From Bacteroidota bacterium (GTDB taxonomy: Bacteria; Bacteroidota; Bacteroidia; Flavobacteriales; Flavobacteriaceae), in NCBI GenBank assembly GCA_043778105.1, contig JAYWGV010000061.1:5179-69178 (forward strand): a stretch of DNA of 64,000 nucleotides, read 5' to 3'. Both the position numbers and the translations under genes were made by a program. The notes below the pieces were generated by a model that did not search any database, was not told the origin of the DNA, and saw only the letters and a list, made by a program, of their open reading frames with translations. The first letter of the stretch is position 1, and the number at the start of each line of letters is the position of its first letter. This document shows positions 9,133-19,783 of the stretch, piece after piece.

Positions 9133-10161
9133 TTATGATTTATTTTTAATTATTTTTTTTAATTCTTCTAATTCGGATACAATTTTAGGCAAATTTTTGA
9201 AATGTACATACGATTTTGCAAAATCATTGTAAGAAAATGTTGGACTTCCTTGCAAAACCTCATTGTCATTAATGTTTCGACCTACTCCAGATTGTGCTTG
9301 AATTCTTACATTATTGCCAATTGTTAAATGTCCTGCAATGCCAACTTGACCACCAATCATGCAGTTTTTGCCTATTTTGGTCGTTCCTGCAATTCCAGTT
9401 TGAGCAGCAATAACTGTGTTTTCTCCAATTTCAACATTATGAGCCACTTGAATTTGATTGTCAAGTTTTACTCCTTTTCTAATAATTGTCGAACCCATTG
9501 TTGCTCGATCGATTGTTGTGTTTGCACCAATATCAACATTATCTTCGATAATGACATTACCAATTTGTGGAATTTTGGCGTAACTTCCGTCGGGTTGTGG
9601 TGCAAAACCAAATCCATCGGCTGCAATTACTGCTCCAGAATAAATTTGACAATTGTTGCCAATTTCGGTTTCTGAGTGAACTTTTGCTCCAGCAAAAATA
9701 GTTACATTATTGCCAATTATTACATTATCGCCAATAAAACAATTTGGATGAATTTTTACATTATTACCTAAAAGAACATTGTTGCCAATATATGAAAAAC
9801 TTCCTAAATATAGATTTTCGCCATATTTTACGTTTTCTGAAATTATTGTGTGTGAATCAATTCCCGATTTATTATTTTTGGCTTGATTATAAAATTCTAA
9901 AATTTTGGCAAATGCACCATAAGCATCATCGACTTTTATTAGTGTAGTTTTTATTTCGTTTTCGGCAACGAATGTATTATTTACAATGGTTATTGACGCA
10001 TTTGTAGAATAAATATAATTTTGATATTTTGGATTGCTTAAAAAAGTCAAAGAACCATTAGTTCCTTCTTCTATTTTTGATAATTTATAAACCTCAGCAT
10101 TTGGATTCCCAATAACTTCGCCTTGAAGAATTTCCGCTATTTGAGATGCTGTAAATTTCAT
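9133..10161 (-). CDS. lpxD: UDP-3-O-acylglucosamine N-acyltransferase
   Basis: LpxD N-terminal domain plus hexapeptide repeats. I start it at [12 protein letters not shown] (10161), because a TATGTTTG -7 box overlaps the upstream ATG at 10173. Confidence 0.88.
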   Translation of the reverse strand: MKFTASQIAEILQGEVIGNPNAEVYKLSKIEEGTNGSLTFLSNPKYQNYIYSTNASITIVNNTFVAENEIKTTLIKVDDAYGAFAKILEFYNQAKNNKSGIDSHTIISENVKYGENLYLGSFSYIGNNVLLGNNVKIHPNCFIGDNVIIGNNVTIFAGAKVHSETEIGNNCQIYSGAVIAADGFGFAPQPDGSYAKIPQIGNVIIEDNVDIGANTTIDRATMGSTIIRKGVKLDNQIQVAHNVEIGENTVIAAQTGIAGTTKIGKNCMIGGQVGIAGHLTIGNNVRIQAQSGVGRNINDNEVLQGSPTFSYNDFAKSYVHFKNLPKIVSELEELKKIIKNKS

Positions 10162-10166
10162 TATTG

Positions 10167-10174
10167 CAAACATA
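10167..10174 (-). promoter_or_regulatory. -7 box TATGTTTG (lpxD)
   Basis: TAnnTTTG match, only 5 nt upstream of the MKFT start codon. Confidence 0.45.
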
Positions 10175-10326
10175 AATAAAAATGAACTAATTTACAAGAA
10201 AAAAATTTTCCACAAAGTCAAAAATTCAAAAAAATTTAAATGTTGAATTATTTTCTTTAAAATTTATTGTAATTATTTTTTCTTTAAGATTTTGAGAGTT
10301 TGTAGCAAAAAAACTGAGTCAAATAT

Positions 10327-11550
10327 TTAAACTAAATTCTTTGGAAAACAAATATAATATTTTGTTACAACTTTAGATAACGCTTTTAGATTTAATTGAT
10401 CCGAAGCTTCTACGACATCTTCGACTGTATTGTTTTTCTTTAAAATTCTAATTGGCTCACTAATAGAACTGTAAGCCTGATTTATTATTTTCCCTTTAAA
10501 AATAAAATAATTAGCATCTTGAATTGAAATGTTTTCTTGTTTTGAAAATTTTTCTAGTAATTCGTTTTTTTCTTCGCTCGAAATTTTATCTTGACTCAAT
10601 TTTATTTTTAATAAATCTCGATTAATTATCATTTTAGATAATGAACTTAATATAAAATCATCGTTGGTTTGCCAAGATTTTAATGCGCTAATAATATCAA
10701 AATCATCTAATTGTGCGAATTTTTCTAATATTAAACCATCAAAATCTGACAATTCTACTTTATTTTGCATGAAATACATTAATGAATCGCTGCAAGTTAA
10801 AACAACTCCTTTTTGGGTTAATTCTTTAGCACGTTTTAGAATTTTAGTAAGAATTAATTCTGCTACTAAACTGGTTTTGTGCAAATAGGCTTGCCAGTAC
10901 ATTAATCTTCTTGCCATTAAGAATTTTTCGACCGAATAAATTCCTTTTTCCTCAATTACCAATATATCATCAACTACGTTCATCATTTGAATTAATCGCT
11001 CAGAATTTATATTTCCTTCATTGACACCAGAATAAAAACTATCGCGTTTTAAATAATCCATTCTATCCATATCTAATTGACTAGAAATGAGTTGTAACAT
11101 AAATTTTCGATGATAATCGCCTTTAAAAATCTTGATTGCCAATGCTAATTTATCATTAAATTCAAGATTTAATTTTTCCATAAATAGCAACGAAATTGAC
11201 TCGTGATTGACTTCTTCGACAATACTGTGTTCCATTGCGTGAGAAAATGGCCCGTGACCCATATCATGTAATAAAATAGCAATTAATAAGGCATTTTCTT
11301 CATCTAATGAAATTTCGACTTGTTTAAATTTTAGAATTTCGATAGCTTTTTGCATCAAGTGCATGCAACCCAATGCGTGATGAAACCTTGTGTGCGTTGC
11401 GCCAGGATAAACTAAATAAGACAAACCCATTTGCGAAATGCGACGCAATCTCTGAAAATAAGGATGTTGAACCAAATCGTAAATTAATTCGTTTGGAATG
11501 GTAATAAACCCGTAAATTGGATCGTTAAGTATTTTTCGTTTATTAATCAT
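10327..11550 (-). CDS. HD-domain phosphohydrolase
   Basis: HTRFHHALG...LLHDMGHGPFSH...DMDRMDYLKRD are HD superfamily metal-binding motifs. Confidence 0.8.
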   Translation of the reverse strand: MINKRKILNDPIYGFITIPNELIYDLVQHPYFQRLRRISQMGLSYLVYPGATHTRFHHALGCMHLMQKAIEILKFKQVEISLDEENALLIAILLHDMGHGPFSHAMEHSIVEEVNHESISLLFMEKLNLEFNDKLALAIKIFKGDYHRKFMLQLISSQLDMDRMDYLKRDSFYSGVNEGNINSERLIQMMNVVDDILVIEEKGIYSVEKFLMARRLMYWQAYLHKTSLVAELILTKILKRAKELTQKGVVLTCSDSLMYFMQNKVELSDFDGLILEKFAQLDDFDIISALKSWQTNDDFILSSLSKMIINRDLLKIKLSQDKISSEEKNELLEKFSKQENISIQDANYFIFKGKIINQAYSSISEPIRILKKNNTVEDVVEASDQLNLKALSKVVTKYYICFPKNLV

Positions 11551-11560
11551 TTTATTAAAA

Positions 11561-11635
11561 GACTTTTAGATACTAGACTGATAGATTTTAGACGATAACT
11601 CAAAGAATCTAAATTCTAAAATCTAAACTTTAAAA
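11561..11635. repeat. heptamer-phased tract with inverted halves
   Basis: A GACTTTTA GATACTA GACTGATA GATTTTA GACGATA block faces a TCTAAAT TCTAAAA TCTAAAC block. TAGATTTTAGA (11582-11592) is the exact complement of TCTAAAATCTA (11615-11625). Confidence 0.7.
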
Positions 11636-11643
11636 TTAATTTT

Positions 11644-13698
11644 TTACCAAATCACAACTCGATCTTTTTCATCTTGATACATTGGGCTTCCTTTTTTGAT
11701 ATTAAAAGCTTTTTGAAATTCTGGAATATTTGCCAATGGGCCATTGATTCTAAATCTTGCTGGTGCGTGAACATCGGTCATTAATTGGTTGGCTAACGCT
11801 TCTTTTTTAATGTTAATCATCCAAGCATAACCATAAGCCAAGAAAAATCTTTGGTCTGGATTAAGTTTTCCAATATTTTTTTTCTCTATGAATTGCGATG
11901 TTTTCTTAAAAGCTTCGTAGCCCATAATAACGCCACCTAAATCGGCAATATTTTCTCCTTGAGTTGCATCGCCATTTACAAATTTTTTAGGTAATGCTTC
12001 GAATTTATTAAATTGTGCAACAATTAATTTCGTTTTTGCCTGAAATTTAGTTAAATCTTCTTTCGTCCACCAATTATTTAAATTTCCGTTTTCGTCATAT
12101 TGACTTCCTTGATCGTCGAACCCATGCGTAATTTCGTGACCAAAAGTCGAACCACCAATTATGCCATAAAGTACAGCGTCATCTGGCATTCTGCCTTCGA
12201 AACCCGGAACCAAAATATTACAAGCTGGCACAACAATTTCATTATTACTTGAATTGTAATAAGCGTTGTAAGTTTGCGGTTGCATTCCCCATTCGTTTCT
12301 ATCAACTGGATTTCCGAATTTTTTTATCATATAATTGTAGTAATAATTATTGGCAGCCATAACATTTTTGCAATAAAAATTTTTATCAATTTTGATTGAT
12401 GATAAATCTTTCCATTGGTCAGGATAACCAACTTTCATTACAATTTTGTTAAGTTTCGATAACGCTTTTATTTTAGTTGGTTCACTCATCCAATCTAATT
12501 TTTTAATATGCTCAGCATAGACAGATCGAATGTTATTGCCAATTTCAAGCAATTTTTCTTTGGTGCCTTTTGGACAATATTCAGCAACATAAACTTGACC
12601 AATTAATTCTCCTAACGACGAATCGGTTTGCTCGACAATAGTTTTCCAACGTGGATTTTGGGTTGTAATTCCGTTTAGAATTGTCGAATAAAACTTAAAA
12701 TTTTGTTTTTCAATATCGCTACTTAAATAGGACGAATAGGAATTTAACAAATCCCATTTTAGATAGGTTTTCCAATCTTCGACAGAATATATTTTGATTA
12801 TTTTGTTTAAATTGGAATAAAATTCAGGCTGACCTACAATTACCGAATCGGCTTTTTGAATGCCGAGAACTGGAAAAATTTTGTCCCAAACTATGTTTGG
12901 TGTCAATTTATTTAATTGACCAATTGTCATTTTGTTGTAGTTTTTTATTGGATCACGAAGTGCTTCTAATTTACGAGATGATTTTGCTAATTCGGTTTCG
13001 AGTTTCATAATTAATTTCGCATTGGCCAACGAAGATTTTTCGTTGTTGCCAAGAAATTTATTCATTGCCTGTAAATGTTTTAAATATTCGGCTCGTATTT
13101 TGGTAGTTTGCTCGTCGGTATTGAAATAATAATCTCTTGTGCCAAGACCTAAACCGCCTTGAGTTAGAAAAATTGAGTGTTTGGTACTTATTTTATCGTC
13201 TTGACTTACATAAAACGAGAAAGCTGGATTTGCGCCTTTGGTATGCAAACTTGCCATTGTTGTTAATAAATTATCGACATTTGATATGGCATCGATTTGT
13301 GCGATTTCTAATTTTAATGGTGCAATTCCAAGTTTATTAATAGCAATTGTATCTATTCCTGATGAATAAAAATCGCCTATTTTTTGCTTATTTGAATTTT
13401 GTTCGGCGTTTTCCAGCGCAGATTTTTCGCAAATTTGTTTGACTTGATTGTTAATTGTGTCTTGAATGGTTCGAAATATTCCGTTGCTTTTTTCTGAATT
13501 TGGAATTGGATTTTTCTTGAACCAGCCACCATTAGCATACATAAAAAAATCATCTGCCGGATTAACTAATGTGTCACGATTGGTCGATAAAACATCGAGA
13601 GCATTTGGGTCGAATTTATTTTCTTTTTTGCAACTTACTAGAAATAAAATTAGAAGAATTGATAAATATTTAATTTTCATTTTGTTTTTTTTGTTCAA
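11644..13698 (-). CDS. M13 family zinc metallopeptidase (PepO/neprilysin-like) lipoprotein
   Basis: HEITHGFD zinc motif, ENIADLGG, and a lipobox (LVSC). Confidence 0.88.
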   Translation of the reverse strand: MNKKNKMKIKYLSILLILFLVSCKKENKFDPNALDVLSTNRDTLVNPADDFFMYANGGWFKKNPIPNSEKSNGIFRTIQDTINNQVKQICEKSALENAEQNSNKQKIGDFYSSGIDTIAINKLGIAPLKLEIAQIDAISNVDNLLTTMASLHTKGANPAFSFYVSQDDKISTKHSIFLTQGGLGLGTRDYYFNTDEQTTKIRAEYLKHLQAMNKFLGNNEKSSLANAKLIMKLETELAKSSRKLEALRDPIKNYNKMTIGQLNKLTPNIVWDKIFPVLGIQKADSVIVGQPEFYSNLNKIIKIYSVEDWKTYLKWDLLNSYSSYLSSDIEKQNFKFYSTILNGITTQNPRWKTIVEQTDSSLGELIGQVYVAEYCPKGTKEKLLEIGNNIRSVYAEHIKKLDWMSEPTKIKALSKLNKIVMKVGYPDQWKDLSSIKIDKNFYCKNVMAANNYYYNYMIKKFGNPVDRNEWGMQPQTYNAYYNSSNNEIVVPACNILVPGFEGRMPDDAVLYGIIGGSTFGHEITHGFDDQGSQYDENGNLNNWWTKEDLTKFQAKTKLIVAQFNKFEALPKKFVNGDATQGENIADLGGVIMGYEAFKKTSQFIEKKNIGKLNPDQRFFLAYGYAWMINIKKEALANQLMTDVHAPARFRINGPLANIPEFQKAFNIKKGSPMYQDEKDRVVIW

Positions 13699-13792
13699 AT
13701 TTAATTGATTTTATCGATTTTGCAATATTTTTAATTGTTTGTTATGTTTTGTTTAAAATCATTTCAAATATGCGAAAAACAATCCTAAATAA

Positions 13793-13870
13793 CCCTGATT
13801 GAAGGGAAAATCCTTTTAAATTTGCTTTTTTGGCAAATTTAAAAGATTGGAATGAAAAGCAGGAAATGCC
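13793..13870 (+). repeat. family-A structured repeat, copy 2
   Basis: Same arms as copy 1 (CCCTGATTGAAGGGAAAATCCTTTT ... AAAAGATTGGAATGAAAAGCAGGAAATGCC). The apical hairpin is different: AAATTTGC-TTTTTT-GGCAAATTT. Confidence 0.8.
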
Positions 13871-13943
13871 AAACCTGAAAAAGCCTAAACATTCGTTTCA
13901 GAAAATTTACAAAATTAATACTAATGATTTATTGAATAAGTTG

Positions 13944-13951
13944 TATTTTTG
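13944..13951 (+). promoter_or_regulatory. -7 box TATTTTTG (rimO)
   Basis: TAnnTTTG match, 32 nt upstream of the ATG. Confidence 0.5.
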
Positions 13952-13983
13952 CAGACTTTCTAAAATATCAGGAAATTAAATTT

Positions 13984-15285
13984 ATGAGAACTAAATCTTT
14001 AAAGAAGAATAAAATTAACGTTATTACACTTGGTTGTTCGAAAAATGTTTACGACAGCGAGGTTTTAATGGGGCAATTAAAAGCATCTGGAAAAGAGGTT
14101 GTTCATGAGCAAGAAGGCAATATTGTGGTTATAAATACTTGCGGTTTTATTGATAATGCCAAGCAAGAATCGATAAATACAATCTTGGAATATGCTGATA
14201 AAAAAGAACGTGGAATTGTCGATAAAGTATTTGTTACTGGTTGTTTATCAGAAAGATATCGTCCAGATTTAGAGAAAGAAATTCCGAATATTGACCAATA
14301 TTTTGGCACTACCGAGTTGCCAAGTTTGTTAAAAGCACTTGGCGCCGATTATAAGCATGAATTGCTAGGCGAACGCATAACGACAACGCCAAAAAACTAT
14401 GCTTTTTTGAAAATTGCCGAAGGTTGCGACAGGCCATGCAGTTTTTGTGCAATTCCCTTAATGCGTGGCAAACACGTTTCGCAAACCATAGAAAAATTGG
14501 TTAAAGAGGCGCAAGGTTTGGCAAGAGATGGAGTTAAAGAATTGATTTTGATTGCGCAAGACTTGACTTATTATGGTTTAGATATTTATAAAAAACGAAA
14601 TCTTGGCGAATTGCTAGAAGAATTGGTAAAAGTTGAAGGCATTGAATGGATTCGATTGCATTATGCTTTTCCGACAGGTTTCCCGATGGATGTTTTGGAA
14701 ATTATGAAACGTGAACCAAAAATTTGTAATTATATCGATATTCCGTTGCAACATATTTCTGATTCAATTTTAAAATCGATGCGTCGTGGAACAACTCGAG
14801 AAAAAACGACTAAATTATTGAAAGATTTTCGAGAAGCAGTTCCAGGAATTGCAATTAGAACAACATTGATTGTTGGTTATCCAGGCGAAACTCAAGAGGA
14901 TTTCGAGATTTTGAAAGATTTTGTTCAAGAAATGAAATTTGATAGAATGGGCTGTTTTGCTTATTCGCACGAAGAAAATACTCATGCCTATTTGCTTGAA
15001 GACGACGTTCCTGCTGATGTGAAGCAAAAACGTTCGGAAGAAATAATGGAATTGCAATCGCAAATTTCTTGGGATTTGAATCAAGAAAAAATTGGTCAAA
15101 CTTTTAAATGTATTATTGATAGAAAAGAAGGCACACATTTTGTAGGTAGAACCGAGTTCGATTCGCCTGATGTTGATAATGAAGTTTTAATCGATGCAAC
15201 GAAGTTTTTTGTAAAAACAGGAGAATTTGCGATGATAAAAATTGTCGATGCGACTGAGTTTGATTTATATGGCGAACCTGTTTAG
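13984..15285 (+). CDS. rimO: ribosomal protein S12 methylthiotransferase
   Basis: UPF0004 domain (LGCSKN), radical SAM CxxxCxxC (CDRPCSFC), and a C-terminal TRAM domain. Confidence 0.85.
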   Translation: MRTKSLKKNKINVITLGCSKNVYDSEVLMGQLKASGKEVVHEQEGNIVVINTCGFIDNAKQESINTILEYADKKERGIVDKVFVTGCLSERYRPDLEKEIPNIDQYFGTTELPSLLKALGADYKHELLGERITTTPKNYAFLKIAEGCDRPCSFCAIPLMRGKHVSQTIEKLVKEAQGLARDGVKELILIAQDLTYYGLDIYKKRNLGELLEELVKVEGIEWIRLHYAFPTGFPMDVLEIMKREPKICNYIDIPLQHISDSILKSMRRGTTREKTTKLLKDFREAVPGIAIRTTLIVGYPGETQEDFEILKDFVQEMKFDRMGCFAYSHEENTHAYLLEDDVPADVKQKRSEEIMELQSQISWDLNQEKIGQTFKCIIDRKEGTHFVGRTEFDSPDVDNEVLIDATKFFVKTGEFAMIKIVDATEFDLYGEPV

Positions 15286-15306
15286 GATTTTAGATTTCAG
15301 ATTTTT
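15286..15306. repeat. heptamer-phased tract
   Basis: GATTTTA GATTTCA GATTTTT, directly after the rimO stop. Confidence 0.6.
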
Positions 15307-15331
15307 TGATTAATTCATATAAAAAAAAATT

Positions 15332-15412
15332 TGACACGAATTTCACGAATTTTCACTAATTAAATTTGTTAAATTTTTAGATTAAGTTTTCAATTCGTGT
15401 AAATTCGTGTCA
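15332..15412. repeat. CACGAATTTCAC inverted-repeat element, copy 1
   Basis: TGACACGAATTTCACGAATTTTCACTAATT ... CAATTCGTGTAAATTCGTGTCA. The arms are about 20 bp with a 1-nt indel. Confidence 0.7.
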
Positions 15413-15490
15413 GTTTGTATTTTTACGATATTTTTAATACATGAATTTTTATAAATTTTCAAGAGAGATGTTTAATTAAATTTAAATAAT

Positions 15491-15973
15491 ATGTTCAAGA
15501 TTAAGATTTTAGTTTCGGTTTTTATAATTATTTTTTCAATAAATAATTTGTCGGCTCAGTTTGGGCAACAAGGTGGTGGTTTTGGTCAAAATGGCGTTAA
15601 TCGAGGCAGCCAAGGTGGTTTTGATAATATTGGACAACCATCAACACCTGATAAACCAAGCGAAATGACCGAAAAAGAAAAAAAACAAGCTGTTGATAAA
15701 ATTTTAGTCAATCTAAAAAAAGAACTTACGCTTGACGAATTGCAAGTTATTGGCGTTCAAAATGTTTTGTATGTAAATGTGACCAAGCAAGACAAATTGT
15801 TCAAAAAAGAAATTTCTCAAGAAGAGAAAATCATCGAAATGCAAGGAATTTCTGATAATACTGATAGAAAAATTATCGAATTTCTGAACAAAACCCAAAA
15901 AACAAAATATCTAGAATTATCTGCCGATAGAAAAGCAAAATTGCAAGAAATGGTCAATAAGATTAATAGGTAA
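15491..15973 (+). CDS. secreted hypothetical protein with a G/Q-rich N-terminal region
   Basis: Signal peptide, then a QFGQQGGGFGQNG low-complexity stretch, then a helical K/E-rich C-terminus. Confidence 0.55.
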   Translation: MFKIKILVSVFIIIFSINNLSAQFGQQGGGFGQNGVNRGSQGGFDNIGQPSTPDKPSEMTEKEKKQAVDKILVNLKKELTLDELQVIGVQNVLYVNVTKQDKLFKKEISQEEKIIEMQGISDNTDRKIIEFLNKTQKTKYLELSADRKAKLQEMVNKINR

Positions 15974-15987
15974 TTGGTATAGAATCA

Positions 15988-16021
15988 TAAAAAAAACTCG
16001 AAATTAATTTCGAGTTTTTTT
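15988..16021. terminator. bidirectional intrinsic terminator
   Basis: A9-CTCGAAATT/AATTTCGAG-T7, between convergent genes. Confidence 0.8.
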
Positions 16022-16025
16022 ATAA

Positions 16026-17084
16026 TCATTTTTTAAAATTATTAGAATCAACATCTTTCAAAAACGATATCAATCCCGAAAAATAGGTTTTTTGATCGTC
16101 ATATTGTGATAAGTGACTGCCATTTTCACAAAATAAAAATCGCCCGTTTTGAACTTGAGTTGCCATCCATTTCATATATTCAGGATCCATAGTATCGTGC
16201 TTGGCGCCAATTGTTAAAGTTGGAATTGTGAGTTCTTTTAATCTTTTAGAAACGTCCCAATTTTTAATGTAGGCATCGCCAGTTATTCCAAATTCACTAA
16301 AACCCTGCATAGAAACATAGACTTCATTATTAATATGTTTGAAACATCGGGTTATAGATTCTGGCCAATCTTTTTGTGGTTTTCTCAGAATATGTTCAGT
16401 GTAATAATATTCAAAAAGCAATTCGGTATATCTTGGATTTGCAAAATCGTTGTTTTTTTCAAGAGTCATGATTTCATCATAGACTTTTTTATCCATTTTT
16501 GGTCCTAAAACTTCTTGGGCATATTTGTTATATTCTGGAATACTCGCCATCATGTTCGAAATAATTAAACCTTTTAAGTTTTTTTGATATTTCAATGCAT
16601 AATCCATTGCAAGAATTCCGCCCCAAGATTGTCCAAGTAAATAAAAATTGTCTTTATTTAAATTTAAAGCAATTCTAACTTGTTCAACTTCTTCGACAAA
16701 ACGCTCGTTAGTCCAGAGTGATTTGTCTTTTGGCTGATCTGAATAATACGAGCCAAGTTGGTCATAATAAATAAATTCTATACTTTCTTGTGGAAAATAT
16801 CCTTCGAAACTTTCATATAATTCATGCGTTAATCCTGGCCCACCGTGAAGCAAAAGTACTTTTATTGTTGGATTATTGCCAATGCGTTTGGTCCAAACTT
16901 TAAAATCGCCTTTTGGAGTTTTTATTGGAATCATTTTTATTCCGCCAGTCCATTGGTCGTCTCGAGTTGAAAAATCTAAATAATTTTCTTTAACTAAATC
17001 GGCATTATTTTTCTTGCAACAAACCAAAGTTAATATTAGAATAATGTATAAAAGATTCTTTCTCATGTTGTTTTTAATTTTCAA
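16026..17084 (-). CDS. alpha/beta hydrolase, proline iminopeptidase family
   Basis: HGGPG oxyanion motif, GQSWGG nucleophile elbow, and a lipoprotein signal. Confidence 0.8.
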   Translation of the reverse strand: MKIKNNMRKNLLYIILILTLVCCKKNNADLVKENYLDFSTRDDQWTGGIKMIPIKTPKGDFKVWTKRIGNNPTIKVLLLHGGPGLTHELYESFEGYFPQESIEFIYYDQLGSYYSDQPKDKSLWTNERFVEEVEQVRIALNLNKDNFYLLGQSWGGILAMDYALKYQKNLKGLIISNMMASIPEYNKYAQEVLGPKMDKKVYDEIMTLEKNNDFANPRYTELLFEYYYTEHILRKPQKDWPESITRCFKHINNEVYVSMQGFSEFGITGDAYIKNWDVSKRLKELTIPTLTIGAKHDTMDPEYMKWMATQVQNGRFLFCENGSHLSQYDDQKTYFSGLISFLKDVDSNNFKK

Positions 17085-17881
17085 AATATTGTTTTGTAAT
17101 AGCCATAATTTTTAACCCAAATAGCACCATCATAAATTTCTCGATATCCTTTTAGATAAATTGATTGGTCAGAAATCCAAATAATTTTCTCAACTGCAAA
17201 TTTATCTGTACCAAATGATGCGAATTCGGTTAATAAATTTTCTGGCTTGCCGTTTTGATTGATTTTTAATAATCTTATTTCTGAATTTTGATGTTCATAT
17301 TCGGTATTGTGACAATAAACCAAAAATTTATTGTTTGGTGACGGAATCGGAATTTGAACCGATCCATCGCCAATAGAAACGATATTGTATTGAAAACCAG
17401 ATATTTTATCTATCAAAAACAACTCACTAAATCCCAAACTTTCAGAAACAGATGCATTTGTTAAAGCAAATAAATTTAGCTTGCCATAAAAACCAATAAA
17501 ATCATGTCCGCTCCAGCTTTCTTTGGCACCATAATTTTTATAAACTTTGAATTTTTCTAATTGTTGATTAATTTCTAAGTAAATGTAATTTTTATCTTGT
17601 TTGAAGTTAGATTTCTTAAAAAATAAAATATGGTTATCAATTTTTTTATATTCAAATTCTGAAACTGAATCAAATTTTAATTTTAGTTTTTGTTCAAAAT
17701 CTTCGTAGTAACCAATAGTTATTACATTGCTGGTTTTTAAGATAGTGTCTTTTACAAGTAAAGAATCTTGAGCTTGGATATTTTTATTTGAAATTAAATT
17801 TGTTTTTTTTACGCTAACAATTTTATCTTTTTTGCAAGAAAATAAAATTATCAAAACTAAAAAAAACAATAATTTTTTCAT
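17081..17881 (-). CDS. hypothetical lipoprotein
   Basis: Lipobox (LFSCKK). It overlaps the downstream hydrolase gene by 4 nt. Confidence 0.55.
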   Translation of the reverse strand: MKKLLFFLVLIILFSCKKDKIVSVKKTNLISNKNIQAQDSLLVKDTILKTSNVITIGYYEDFEQKLKLKFDSVSEFEYKKIDNHILFFKKSNFKQDKNYIYLEINQQLEKFKVYKNYGAKESWSGHDFIGFYGKLNLFALTNASVSESLGFSELFLIDKISGFQYNIVSIGDGSVQIPIPSPNNKFLVYCHNTEYEHQNSEIRLLKINQNGKPENLLTEFASFGTDKFAVEKIIWISDQSIYLKGYREIYDGAIWVKNYGYYKTIF

Positions 17882-17889
17882 TTTAAATT

Positions 17890-19662
17890 TTATCCATAAA
17901 TTTTATCAAACAAATCTTTGTATTTTTCAAGCACAAATTTTCGTTTCAATTTCATAGTAGGAGTAAGGTGACCACCATCTATTGACCAAATATCTGGCGT
18001 TAATTCTATTTGTTTTAATTGTTCCCAATTTCCAAATTTTTTATTAATTTCTTCAACTTCTTGGTCAATTCGTTCTTTAATTTTTGCATTATTTGCAATA
18101 TCTTCATTAGATTTTCCAACAGGAACATTGTGCATAACAGCCCATTCGCGAACAAAATCAAAATTGGGTTGAATAAATGCTGCTGGCATTTTTTGACCAT
18201 CGCCAATAACCATAATTTGCTCAATAAAACGAGATTGTTTCATTGCATTTTCTAACAATTGTGGTGCAATATATTTTCCGCCCGAAGTTTTAAACATTTC
18301 TTTTTTACGATCGGTAATTTTCAAAAAACCGTCGTTGTCAATTATTCCGATATCGCCAGTATGAAAATATCCGTCTTTAATTGCCTCATTAGTTAGTGTT
18401 TCGTCTTTGTAATAACCCATCATAACATTTGGTCCTTTGCAAAGAATTTCGCCATCGGTTGCTATTTTAACTTCTACATTTTTAATAACGCGACCAACAG
18501 TGCCAACTCTAAAACCGCCATTTCGCATGTCGTTTACCGAAATTACTGGCGATGTTTCAGACAAGCCGTAACCTTCCATAATATTAATATTTGCAGCAGC
18601 AAAAATTCTAGCAAGCCTTGGTTGCAAAGCTGCGCTGCCGTTAACAATAAGGTCTAATTTGCCTCCTAATCCTTCTTTCCATTTGCTGAAAATTATTTTT
18701 CTTGCCAGTTTTAGCTGTGTTTCATACCACCAACCATTGGCGCCATAAGGTTCATATTTTAATCCGAGTTCGACAGCCCAAAAGAAAAGTTTCTTTTTAA
18801 TTCCAGTCAAATCCGATCCTTTGGCTATGATTTTCTCGTAAACTTTTTCTATTAATCTTGGTACGCCTGTAAAAACCGTTGGATTAACCTCTTTAATATT
18901 TTCTGAAATTTTTTCTAACGATTCTGCAAAATAAATCGAACAGCCCATATATTGATATATATAAGTAATCATTCGTTCGTAAATATGACAAATTGGCAAA
19001 AAGCTCAAGGCACGACTTACGCCAGCTTCAAACGGAATTCTTTCTGATGAGTCTAACACATTCGAAACAATATTATTGTGCGACAACATTACGCCTTTTG
19101 GTCGACCTGTTGTTCCAGATGTGTAAATTATCGTAGCCAAATCTAGAGCATCAACACTATTTTTTCTATCATCGACAACGTCTTGGTTCGATTTATCTTC
19201 GCCAGATTTTAATAATTCTGACCAGTTTTTGCAACCTTCAATTTCGTTAAACGAATAAACTTCTATTAAACTTTCGACATTTTTTCTAATAGCATTTACT
19301 TTATTCAAAACTTCTAAATCAGATACAAAACAATATTTTGCCTCGCAATGGTTCAAAATATATTCATAATCTTCCGATGAAATCGTTGGATAAACAGGCA
19401 CGTTTTGCGCTCCAATTTGCAAAATACCAACGTCCATAATGTGCCATTCGGTTCTATTATTAGATGAAATAACTGCAATTTTATCATTTTTTTGAACGCC
19501 TAATTGCAACAATGCTCTCGAAATTGCATTGGCATTGTCTATATATTGCTGGTTTGAAGTTTTTTGCCAAACGCCATCTTGCTTGGTAACCAACGCATCT
19601 GGAAGATTGTATTTTTCTAGTTCGTAGTAGGCAAAATCGAATAATCTCGTTATAGTGGTCAT
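17890..19662 (-). CDS. long-chain fatty acid-CoA ligase (AMP-forming)
   Basis: IIYTSGTTGRPKGV AMP-binding motif and GYGLSET. Confidence 0.88.
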   Translation of the reverse strand: MTTITRLFDFAYYELEKYNLPDALVTKQDGVWQKTSNQQYIDNANAISRALLQLGVQKNDKIAVISSNNRTEWHIMDVGILQIGAQNVPVYPTISSEDYEYILNHCEAKYCFVSDLEVLNKVNAIRKNVESLIEVYSFNEIEGCKNWSELLKSGEDKSNQDVVDDRKNSVDALDLATIIYTSGTTGRPKGVMLSHNNIVSNVLDSSERIPFEAGVSRALSFLPICHIYERMITYIYQYMGCSIYFAESLEKISENIKEVNPTVFTGVPRLIEKVYEKIIAKGSDLTGIKKKLFFWAVELGLKYEPYGANGWWYETQLKLARKIIFSKWKEGLGGKLDLIVNGSAALQPRLARIFAAANINIMEGYGLSETSPVISVNDMRNGGFRVGTVGRVIKNVEVKIATDGEILCKGPNVMMGYYKDETLTNEAIKDGYFHTGDIGIIDNDGFLKITDRKKEMFKTSGGKYIAPQLLENAMKQSRFIEQIMVIGDGQKMPAAFIQPNFDFVREWAVMHNVPVGKSNEDIANNAKIKERIDQEVEEINKKFGNWEQLKQIELTPDIWSIDGGHLTPTMKLKRKFVLEKYKDLFDKIYG

Positions 19663-19753
19663 TTTTTTTAAGTTAATTTTAATGCAATTTATATAATAAA
19701 AATTTCATTCACAATATTTATTTAATTTTAAAATTTATTTAATGCTAATTTGG

Positions 19754-19761
19754 TATTTTTG
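19754..19761 (+). promoter_or_regulatory. -7 box TATTTTTG (LTA-synthase-like gene)
   Basis: TAnnTTTG match, 22 nt upstream of the ATG. Confidence 0.5.
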
Positions 19762-19783
19762 CAAAAAAAATAACTAAAAAAAT

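Noticed and set aside
9328-9675. A 115-aa + strand ORF inside lpxD. Similar antisense ORFs occur in sucD, lpxC-fabZ, the DUF2807 gene (55292-55707) and lon.
   Set aside because: These are antisense to strongly supported genes. The hexapeptide-repeat and SGSGD-repeat coding sequences produce long open antisense frames as an artefact.
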